This document shows positions 50,008 to 57,607 of a DNA stretch of 64,000 nucleotides, piece after piece. The stretch is taken from contig JAWLHK010000014.1 in NCBI GenBank assembly GCA_041690355.1, positions 1-64,000 of the forward strand, written 5' to 3'. Position 1 is the stretch's first letter, and every line of letters begins with the position of its first letter. Origin of the DNA: a bacterium. GTDB lineage: Bacteria > J088 > JAWLBW01. The translations under genes and the position numbers were made by a program. The notes under the pieces were generated by a model. It searched no databases, was not told the DNA's origin, and saw only the letters and a program-made list of their open reading frames with translations.

Positions 50008-51420
50008 TTACTCCTCCAGCGACCATTCGAGCAGCGGCAGGCGCAGGGTCGCGTCCTCGAGAGACTGGCGGAACCGGCCAAGCCGGCGCGCGTTGAAGCG
50101 GTCGGCCGAGACGGCGGCCCCGTAGACATTGCCCAGATAAAAGCTCGAGCCGATCGTCGCGTAAAGGGCCGTGGTCGTGTAGGCCCAGCCGCGATGCGGG
50201 CGTGAAGCCAGATCGCGCCCCTTGAGCCACGCGTCCCAGGTCAGCAGCCCGAACAGCGCGTTCACACCGAGCGAAGCCGCCGCCTCGCCCCAGTGGCCCG
50301 TGTAGGCCTGCCCCGCGCCCGGCAATACAGCACTGAGGAGCGCGGCCGCCGAGCGGCTTCTGCGGGGGATGTCGCCCCCCTGCCCGGCCTTCTCCGCGAG
50401 TTCCGTCAGAATGGTGCGGGTCTCCGGCGCGAGCGATTCGTCAGCCGCGATTCCCCCAAAGATAGCGGCCGCGTCGGAATATCGCGCCGTATGAAGGAGC
50501 GCAAGCGCGCGATACAGATCCCGCTCGGCGGCGATGCCCGCGTGGATTCCCGGCCGGCGCGGCGTAAGCGCCTCGGCGGCCAGCGCGTAGCGGCCGGCGA
50601 GGTAGTGCGCCTCGCCGATGCGCAGGGCGGCAAGCTCGGAGAGAAGGCCGGCGCCGTCGACCGCCTCCTGATAACTGAGAATGGCCGTGTCCCACTGGCG
50701 CGCCCCGGCATGCGCGTCTCCGGCCCGCAGCCATGCGCGCAGGGCCGTCGGTCCGGTCGCAAGCAGGGCCGCCTCCATGAAGAGCGTGGCCGCGCGATAC
50801 CACTCTTCCCGTGCCAGGAGCGCCTCGCCGAGCGCCATGCGGCGTTCCACGGTTTCCCCTGCTGCGGAGGGAATGTCCGGATCCGTCTGCGGGCGGGCCG
50901 AAGGCGGCATCGGGGACGCCTGTGCAAGCAGCATCCCCTCCGCGTCGCGCGGAACGGCGGTCTCGCGCGGTTCCTCACCGAATAACCAGTTGTCCTCGGG
51001 CGGATCCCAGGCGCGCAGGGCGCCAACACGGATCAGACGGAAATGTCCGCTCTCGAGAATCCCCGGATACTCGCGGGTCAACCGCGAGGCCGTCATGAGC
51101 ACGCCCCAGCCGGGGCCGTACCGGTTCACGGCCTCGCGCGCAAACTGCGAACAAGTCGGGTAGTGCGGACATTTCGGACCGTCGATCGGCGATAGAACGT
51201 CGCGGAAGACATCGAGGAGAAAGCCGAATCCCTGACGCAGCGCGTCCGGGCGTGCGTGGATGTCGTCGCCGGGCCGACCCGCGCGCAGCCGCATGGAAGG
51301 CGGATTCTCGTATTCCCATGGGTCTTCGGCGCGTGCGTCCGAAGCAGCCAGTGCAAGGAGCAGCAGGGCGGCCGGGAGGCGGCCGGCGAGAGCGGAACCG
51401 GGTTTGAGGAGGAACGCCAT
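50008..51420 (-). CDS. Exported fusion: YidD-like domain + TPR + PGAGQ membrane module
   Basis: Signal peptide (ARA); SPIDGPKCPHYPTCSQFAREAV; TPR helices; LLSAVLPGAGQAYTG...FYLGNVYGA. Confidence 0.85.
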   Translation of the reverse strand: MAFLLKPGSALAGRLPAALLLLALAASDARAEDPWEYENPPSMRLRAGRPGDDIHARPDALRQGFGFLLDVFRDVLSPIDGPKCPHYPTCSQFAREAVNRYGPGWGVLMTASRLTREYPGILESGHFRLIRVGALRAWDPPEDNWLFGEEPRETAVPRDAEGMLLAQASPMPPSARPQTDPDIPSAAGETVERRMALGEALLAREEWYRAATLFMEAALLATGPTALRAWLRAGDAHAGARQWDTAILSYQEAVDGAGLLSELAALRIGEAHYLAGRYALAAEALTPRRPGIHAGIAAERDLYRALALLHTARYSDAAAIFGGIAADESLAPETRTILTELAEKAGQGGDIPRRSRSAAALLSAVLPGAGQAYTGHWGEAAASLGVNALFGLLTWDAWLKGRDLASRPHRGWAYTTTALYATIGSSFYLGNVYGAAVSADRFNARRLGRFRQSLEDATLRLPLLEWSLEE

Positions 51421-51511
51421 CGTTACATTCTAGTAACGAGGGGGCCGCCCCATCAACCAAAACCACATTGTCGCCGCATACTTGAGCCGTATTGGGCCCA
51501 CTGCCCTTTTC

Positions 51512-51541
51512 TTGACAGAGCGCCAAGCGAAGTGCTAGTAT
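51512..51541 (+). promoter_or_regulatory. Putative promoter of the lolA-like unit
   Basis: TTGACA-N18-TAGTAT with TG extension. Confidence 0.4.
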
Positions 51542-51564
51542 GCCCCCTAACCTGTGCACGCCTG

Positions 51565-52368
51565 ATGGTTTACCGTAAGCGTATTCTCGCCGCCTTTCTT
51601 TTCTCCCTTTTCGTGACGAGTGTTGCGGGTTCCGCCGCGGCCGCCGACGAGGCGACCTCGCGTGCGACCGCCCTCATGGAGAAGGCCGCGGCCAACTTCG
51701 ACCGGATTCAGACCATTCGCGCCTCCATCGATCAGGTGCTGTCGGCCCGCGGCGGCGGACAGCGCTTTCAAGGAGTTTACGTCGCGGCGGCGCCGGCGCG
51801 TTTCCACATCGAATATCAGTATCCGTACCGGCAGCAGGTGGTGAGCAACGGAAACGAACTCTGGTGGTATATTCCGCAGAGCAAGAAAGTCTGGTTTTCG
51901 AACGGCGTGACGAGTCTGACGAATTCCCCCGAAGCGATGGGGGGACAGACCTTCGGCTCCCTGGGGTTCGAGAACATCGACCTCGCCCCGCAGTCTGACG
52001 TCGTCTACAAGCTCGAAGACAGCCTTCTCTCGCAGCTGAGGGGCAAGTGGAAAATTGAATTTGAGGGGACCGGTTCGGCGCAGGGCATGCGCGGAACGTT
52101 CTGGCTGGATCGCAAGAGCGGTCTGCCGCTGGTGATTGAAATTCGGGATGACAAGGGCGAAGTCACGCTGCGTCAGACCTTCGAAGATTACGAGCTCGTG
52201 AACCAGGTTTCGGTCCCCACCAACGTCTTGATCGAAGTACCGCGCTACAAGGTGTCCATCCAGGTGCGGTATGCCGATATCAAGATCAACCAGCCGGTTG
52301 ATGATCGGGAATTCCGATTTGCACCCCCGGCAGGGGTGCCTGTTGTACCTCTAACAAGTGCCATGTAA
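51565..52368 (+). CDS. LolA-like periplasmic carrier protein
   Basis: Signal peptide; PARFHIEYQYPYRQQVVSNGNELWWYIP; C-terminal FRFAPPAGV. Confidence 0.85.
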   Translation: MVYRKRILAAFLFSLFVTSVAGSAAAADEATSRATALMEKAAANFDRIQTIRASIDQVLSARGGGQRFQGVYVAAAPARFHIEYQYPYRQQVVSNGNELWWYIPQSKKVWFSNGVTSLTNSPEAMGGQTFGSLGFENIDLAPQSDVVYKLEDSLLSQLRGKWKIEFEGTGSAQGMRGTFWLDRKSGLPLVIEIRDDKGEVTLRQTFEDYELVNQVSVPTNVLIEVPRYKVSIQVRYADIKINQPVDDREFRFAPPAGVPVVPLTSAM

Positions 52369-52378
52369 GGAGAAAACG

Positions 52379-52879
52379 ATGAATTTGTTCCGGCGTTTTG
52401 CCGCTACGTTCGCCATCGTAGTCGGCGTTCTTTTCGCGGTTCAGACGGTTGCTCTGCCTGTCGCCCAGGCTGAGCTCAACAAGGCCAGCGTCGTCAACGT
52501 GCAGAGCGATGACGCTCCGAGCCCGGTGATTGCCATCATCCTGGCCATCATCCTGCCCGGCGCGGGCCACCTGTATGTCGGCAAGGCCGGCACGGGCATC
52601 CTGATCCTCGCCCTCTGCGTCGTCAACTGGTGCCTCATTTACTGGGTGCTCGCGGTTCTGACGATCTGGGCCGGTGGCGTCGGCGGCTGCGTTGCCCCGA
52701 TTTTCCACCTCATCCTCGTGATCTGGGACGCCTGGGGCTCCTACAACATCGCCAAGAAAAAGGGCGGTGCGGGTGACCTCGAAGACGTCGAGCGCAAGAC
52801 CAAGCGCGCTCTGGAAGACGAAGACGAAGAGGGTATGCTCCACAACCCGTTCGTCCGTCCGGCCGCCGTCGTCTTCTAA
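52379..52879 (+). CDS. Small exported membrane protein with PGAGHLY (TM2-like) module
   Basis: TAAGGAG RBS; signal peptide (AQA); IAIILAIILPGAGHLYVGKAGTG; acidic C-tail. Confidence 0.85.
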   Translation: MNLFRRFAATFAIVVGVLFAVQTVALPVAQAELNKASVVNVQSDDAPSPVIAIILAIILPGAGHLYVGKAGTGILILALCVVNWCLIYWVLAVLTIWAGGVGGCVAPIFHLILVIWDAWGSYNIAKKKGGAGDLEDVERKTKRALEDEDEEGMLHNPFVRPAAVVF

Positions 52880-52902
52880 GACGATTTCAGCCTGAAGACT
52901 CG

Positions 52903-52932
52903 AGAGCCCGCCCACGTGGCGGGCTCTTTTTT
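52903..52932 (+). terminator. Rho-independent terminator
   Basis: AGAGCCCGCC-CACGT-GGCGGGCTCT followed by a T run. Confidence 0.88.
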
Positions 52933-52958
52933 GCCCTTTTTCTGTGTTTTATCCCTTG

Positions 52959-54392
52959 ATGCTCACCGCTCTCGCCCTTTACGCCCTGCTCGCCGCGCCG
53001 GATGTCGTCGTGCACGGCGCCGCGCCCGAGCGCGCCACCGCCGCCACCGCCGTCGTTGCAGAGGCCCTTGAGAGTCCGGCTGATCTGACCGCGGCGACGC
53101 AGAAGCTCGTCGAGTGGTATGCGCGGGCCGACTTTCCGATGGCCCACGTCTACGGCGCCGCGTTCACCGGCGGCGCCCTGCGTCTCTACGCGTCGGAAGG
53201 CACCATCGCGGCGCTCAACTGGCAGGGGCTTCCCGATGGGTGGATCGGCTGGCTCGAGGCGCGCATGCCCGCGCAGCTGGCCGTCGGCGAACCCGTCCGT
53301 CAGCAGGTCGTGGCCGAAGCGCTGCGCACGCTGCGCGCCCTCCCCTTCGTGAAAGACGCGCGGATTGCACCGGAAATCGAACAGCAGCGCGGCCAGGCAG
53401 CCCGCATCGCCTTGAACGTGACCGTCGAGCGCATCGAGGCCGCCAACCTCATCGATTTCTGGGTCGACTCGGTCGGCGCCGGGTTCGAGCAGGACTACAG
53501 CCAGATCGGTACGCTGCGCCCCTGGATCGGCGTGCAGAACGAACTCGGCGTGCAGATCATCCGCATCCCGTCGCCCGACCTGACCCCCGGCTTCTTCGTG
53601 CGCACCGAACAGTTCTTCGGCAAGAGCGGCGGCGTCGATCCGATTCCGTTGCTCGAGACCGGCCTCGGCACGGCCATCGACGCCGGCTGGCGCCTCCCGC
53701 GCCGTGACATCGGGCGCCGCTATGACGTGCGCTCGCTGTCTGTGTTCATCCCCTTTCGCCTCGGCGCCGACGCCTGGCGCGCCGAGTTCTCACCGTACTA
53801 CGAGTGGACCGTCTTTACCGGCGACGCGCTCGCCGGACCGGAGACCGTCAATCACCTGGCCGGGCGCTTCAGCCTGGGTGACCCGCCGCCCGGTATCGCG
53901 GCCCGCACCGGAGGCGCACCGGCGCCTGCCGTGGGGATCGAGGCGATCGCCGTCTTTCAGGGAGACGAGCCCTATTGGCGGGCCACCGGCGCGTTCTCGC
54001 GCAAGTGGAACCCGATTGGCCGGCAGGAGGTGCAGGTTTTTGCCGAAGCCGGCTGGCTCGACGGTTCGCCCGTGTTCCTGCGCGAATTCAGCGTCGGCGG
54101 TCTCGACACCCTGCCGGCCTATCCCGAGCAGTACCGCTTCGGCCGCCGCTTTTTCACCGGCGGCGCGCGGTGGTTGCCCCAGTTCGGGCCGAAAGGGATC
54201 AACGGGTGGCTCGGCATCGAAGCGGGCGACGCCTGGTCGGGCGCATACCCCGGAGATCCGCTCGTCGAGGCCTCGCTCGGCATCGAGGTCGACATCCGCG
54301 TGCTGCGCGTCTGGATCGCCGTGGCCCAGCCGCTGCGCATCGAACGCTCGCCGACCCTCAACTTCCGTCTGATTACCGTCTCTGACCGGTAG
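52959..54392 (+). CDS. POTRA + beta-barrel outer-membrane protein (Omp85/TpsB-like, divergent)
   Basis: POTRA-like LVEWYARADF...LRLYASEGTI and GEPVRQ...LRALPFVKDARI; amphipathic strands; FSVGGLDTLPAY in the lid-loop position. Confidence 0.7.
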   Translation: MLTALALYALLAAPDVVVHGAAPERATAATAVVAEALESPADLTAATQKLVEWYARADFPMAHVYGAAFTGGALRLYASEGTIAALNWQGLPDGWIGWLEARMPAQLAVGEPVRQQVVAEALRTLRALPFVKDARIAPEIEQQRGQAARIALNVTVERIEAANLIDFWVDSVGAGFEQDYSQIGTLRPWIGVQNELGVQIIRIPSPDLTPGFFVRTEQFFGKSGGVDPIPLLETGLGTAIDAGWRLPRRDIGRRYDVRSLSVFIPFRLGADAWRAEFSPYYEWTVFTGDALAGPETVNHLAGRFSLGDPPPGIAARTGGAPAPAVGIEAIAVFQGDEPYWRATGAFSRKWNPIGRQEVQVFAEAGWLDGSPVFLREFSVGGLDTLPAYPEQYRFGRRFFTGGARWLPQFGPKGINGWLGIEAGDAWSGAYPGDPLVEASLGIEVDIRVLRVWIAVAQPLRIERSPTLNFRLITVSDR

Positions 54393-54428
54393 CCCCCTGC
54401 CCTGCGGGTTGCTAGACTGTACCGAGCG

Positions 54429-54950
54429 ATGCTACCTTTCCGCCTCCTGTCTCTGCCGCAGGCCCTGCTGCTTCTCGTCTGCCTTGCGCTCGCGGCGCCC
54501 CGCCCCGCCTCGGCCGGCGAGCCCCTGCGGCCGCGGCTCGAAGACACCGCCGCCAAACCCGGAGCACGCGGACCAACCCCCGCGACGGCCCTTCTGCTCG
54601 GCCTCATGTTGCCGGGATGCGGCCACGCCTACGTCGGGCGGCCGGGAACGGGCATTCTCCTCTTCCTCATCTGTTCCGCCAACTGCATCGGGGTCTTTGT
54701 CATCGCCACCCTGATGCTGTCGCTCATTTCACTCTCGTGGCTCGCGCTGCTGACCGCGGTCGCCATCCACTGCTGCCTGGGGATTTTCGACGGCCTTCGC
54801 GCCTACACGATTGCACAGCGTAATCTGGAGAAATGGCCCGACCAGCCGCGCGACCCCCGCCTGCAAGGCGAAGAGCTCGAGGCCCGTCTCGTTCCGGCCG
54901 AACCGTTCGGACTGCCGCAGCGGCCCGTTTCGCTTGCGGTCATCCCTTGA
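54429..54950 (+). CDS. Paralog of 52379..52879 (PGCGHAY module)
   Basis: Signal peptide; LLLGLMLPGCGHAYVGRPGTGILL...FDGLRAYTIA aligns with PGAGHLYVGKAGTGILI...WDAWGSYNIA. Confidence 0.8.
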   Translation: MLPFRLLSLPQALLLLVCLALAAPRPASAGEPLRPRLEDTAAKPGARGPTPATALLLGLMLPGCGHAYVGRPGTGILLFLICSANCIGVFVIATLMLSLISLSWLALLTAVAIHCCLGIFDGLRAYTIAQRNLEKWPDQPRDPRLQGEELEARLVPAEPFGLPQRPVSLAVIP

Positions 54951-54969
54951 AGCAGGTACCCTGAGCCCG

Positions 54970-55422
54970 ATGCGTTTCTTCTTCTCTGCCGCTCGCCAAG
55001 CGGATGTGCGCCCCGCCGGCGCCTCGTCCGACTCGACGCGCCGTCTGGCGGCCGCCGTCCTGATCGCCGCGACCTTGCTCGCGCCGGCCGCGGCGCAGGC
55101 CGAGGGCTGGCCTGAACTCAAGCCCGAGGCGCGTCAAGCCTCGACGACAGGGAGCAGTTCGCCGTTTTCGGCGTTCGGCGTCACCCTCATCCGTTTTTAC
55201 CAGCAGGTCATCTCGCCGCTCGACGGCGACACCTGCGGGTTTCGCCCCGTGTGTTCTGCCTACGCCCGGGAGGCCGTTCGCGAGCACGGCTTTCTCGTCG
55301 GTTCGCTGATGGCCGCCGATCGGCTCGAACGCTGCAATCCCTACAATCACATGGCGCACTACCCCGTCGACCCCGACGGCTATCTGCACGACGACGTCGA
55401 CGAGAACGCCCTTTTCCGCTGA
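54970..55422 (+). CDS. YidD-family protein with signal peptide
   Basis: IRFYQQVISPLDGDTCGFRPVCSAYAREAV...GSLMAADRLERCNP; AQA cleavage motif; start uncertain. Confidence 0.85.
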   Translation: MRFFFSAARQADVRPAGASSDSTRRLAAAVLIAATLLAPAAAQAEGWPELKPEARQASTTGSSSPFSAFGVTLIRFYQQVISPLDGDTCGFRPVCSAYAREAVREHGFLVGSLMAADRLERCNPYNHMAHYPVDPDGYLHDDVDENALFR

Positions 55423-55429
55423 GTTACCG

Positions 55430-56338
55430 ATGCGCCTGTTCCGGACCGTGCCGGTTGCGGCCCTTCTGTTCCTGTTGCTTTCTGCACGTGCGCATGCGCA
55501 GCCGGCCGCCGAAACGCCGGCCGTCGCCTGCCCCTCGTGCTCATTCGAGGGAACCCGCGCCTTTGCCGATCAGCTTTTTGCCGACGGCGACTACTTTCGC
55601 GCCATCGGTGAGTACAAGCGGCTCGCCTGGTTCGCGAAGACTCCCACCGAGCAGAGCTATCCGGTCCTGCGCGTGGGCCAGTCGCTGCTGAAAGCCGGCC
55701 GGCCGGCCGAAGCTGCGGGCTGGCTGCGGGAGTCGGGCTCGACGCTGGGCGATGAAACCGGCCGCGCCCGCGCGCGCTGGCTCGAGGCCCGTGCCTGGTA
55801 TGAAGCAGGGCGTCTCGATGACGCGCGTATGGCGAGCACCGCCCTCGCCGGCGATGCCGTTCTGGGCTCGGCCGCGCGCCGGATGGGCGCGCTCGTCGCC
55901 GTCGCCGAAGATGATGCGGGCGAGGCGCTGCGCCTGGCCGGAGACGACCCGGTGGCGGTTTCCGGCGGATTTCCGCTCCTGCTTGAAGAGCGGGTTCCGC
56001 CCCGCGCGCCGTCGCCGGTGGTCGCCGGCCTGCTCGCGGCCGTTGTTCCGGGCAGCGGCCACCTGTATGCCGGTTCGCCGGGCGACGCCGTCTATACGTT
56101 TCTGCTCAACGCCGCCTTTTTCGGCGGCACCTGGTATCTGGCCTCGCGCGGCTCAACCGGCGGCGCCATCGCCGTGGGGAGCATCGGCGCGCTCTTCTAC
56201 GGCGGCAACATCTACGGGTCGGTGAACGCCGCCAAGCGGGCCGAAGAGCGCTGGCGCACCGAGACCGTCGAGCGGGCCGATCGGGCCCTGTTCCCGCGCT
56301 CCATCGGCGCCTCCTTCGACGTGCCGCTGCCATGGTGA
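55430..56338 (+). CDS. Exported TPR protein with PGSGHLY membrane module
   Basis: Signal peptide (AHA); FADQLFADGDYFRAIGEYKR; AGLLAAVVPGSGHLYAG...FYGGNIYGS. Confidence 0.85.
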   Translation: MRLFRTVPVAALLFLLLSARAHAQPAAETPAVACPSCSFEGTRAFADQLFADGDYFRAIGEYKRLAWFAKTPTEQSYPVLRVGQSLLKAGRPAEAAGWLRESGSTLGDETGRARARWLEARAWYEAGRLDDARMASTALAGDAVLGSAARRMGALVAVAEDDAGEALRLAGDDPVAVSGGFPLLLEERVPPRAPSPVVAGLLAAVVPGSGHLYAGSPGDAVYTFLLNAAFFGGTWYLASRGSTGGAIAVGSIGALFYGGNIYGSVNAAKRAEERWRTETVERADRALFPRSIGASFDVPLPW

Positions 56339-57201
56339 GCACCGTCCTTCTCGCTCTGGCCCTCGTGGCGCAGGGGCCGGCCGGCGCCCCTGCACCGACA
56401 AACCTCGCGGTGCGACAGCTCGAATTCGCCGAGGACCTGTCTGCCCGGGGCGACGACTTCAGCGCGATCACGGAGTTCCGGCGCGCGCGCTTCTTCTATC
56501 CCGCACTGGCGACCGCGGCCGAGCGCGGCCTGGCGCATGCGTCGCTGCGTTCGGGTGACTTCCGTCACGCCCGGGTGCACGCGCGATCGGCCGCCACCCT
56601 GAATCCGGCGATCGCCGACGAAATGGGGTATGTGGAGTGGCTGGCCCTGGCCGCCGACGGCCTGCAGACCGAGGCCGACCGTCAGTGGCGGCTACTCGCC
56701 ACCTCGCCCGTCACCACCACTGCCGCCCAGGCGCTGCTCGCACGCGGCGTGCTCACCCTGCGGCACGGCGCGCTTCCCGAAGCGGCGAGCTGGCTCGGCC
56801 GCGCGTCCCGGACGGCCCCGGGAACCGCGCTTGGCAACACGGCCGCGTCCATGCAGGCGGCGATTCCCGCCGAGGTTCCCGAGAAGTCCCAGATCGTGGC
56901 CGGACTGCTGGCCATCGCCATCCCCGGCGCCGGACAGATCTACGGCGGGCGAACCTGGGAAGGGCTGGGAAACTTCGCGTTGACTTCGCTCTTCGTCTAC
57001 GGCGCCTACAACAGCTGGCGCAACGACGGCCGGTTCGAGTTCTGGCTGCTGCCGGTGGCGGCGGTCTATTTCGGCGGCATCTCCCGCTCGGCCGCCCTGG
57101 TCTCCCAATACAATGAACGGGCGAAACACGACGCGGGGGCCGCCGTCGTCGACGCCCATCTCGCGCCGTTGTCGGCGGCGGGATTCCGGCATTTGCCGTA
57201 G
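56332..57201 (+). CDS. Exported TPR-like protein with PGAGQIY membrane module
   Basis: Overlaps the upstream stop; FAEDLSARGDDFSAITEFRR; AGLLAIAIPGAGQIYGG. Confidence 0.85.
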   Translation: MVSTVLLALALVAQGPAGAPAPTNLAVRQLEFAEDLSARGDDFSAITEFRRARFFYPALATAAERGLAHASLRSGDFRHARVHARSAATLNPAIADEMGYVEWLALAADGLQTEADRQWRLLATSPVTTTAAQALLARGVLTLRHGALPEAASWLGRASRTAPGTALGNTAASMQAAIPAEVPEKSQIVAGLLAIAIPGAGQIYGGRTWEGLGNFALTSLFVYGAYNSWRNDGRFEFWLLPVAAVYFGGISRSAALVSQYNERAKHDAGAAVVDAHLAPLSAAGFRHLP

Positions 57202-57214
57202 CCGCCGCGCGGCC

Positions 57215-57545
57215 ATGGCCGATGGCCGATGGCCGATCATTCCGTTGCCCGATTTCCCCATTCCCATACCCATCCCCGATCCCCGGGGCCCTGCCCCGGG
57301 CTGAAAGCCCGGCGTCCCTTCAGGACGCCAAGGTTGCCGCACGGTTATCCGGTGCATCCGCGGTTTGCGCTCCCGATGGTGACAAGCGGAAACGTGCCGC
57401 GTCCCTTCAGGACGCCAGGATTGCGGCACGGATATCCGGTGCATCCGCGGTTTGCGCTTCGCCCATTGTGACGACCGGATATCGCGGCACGCTTGTCTCG
57501 ACTGCGACTCTGGACGCTCGACGCTCGACTCTGGACTCTAGACTT
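57215..57545. repeat. Repeat-rich intergenic region: ATGGCCG x3, REP-like hairpins, ~87-bp tandem duplication, GAC[TG]CT[GCA] x5
   Basis: CCGGGCT-GAA-AGCCCGG at 57296-57312; units starting GCGTCC-CTTCA-GGACGC at 57312 and 57399; heptamers at 57215-57237 and 57506-57545. Confidence 0.85.
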
Positions 57546-57607
57546 CGGGCGGCATTGCAGACCGCTTTACGGGCGGGCTATGATATGGGACCTTTTCGCA
57601 AAACCCC

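Noticed and set aside
54970-55422. Calling this canonical yidD
   Set aside because: It has a signal-peptide-like N-terminus and lacks the rpmH-rnpA-yidC context, so the symbol was withheld
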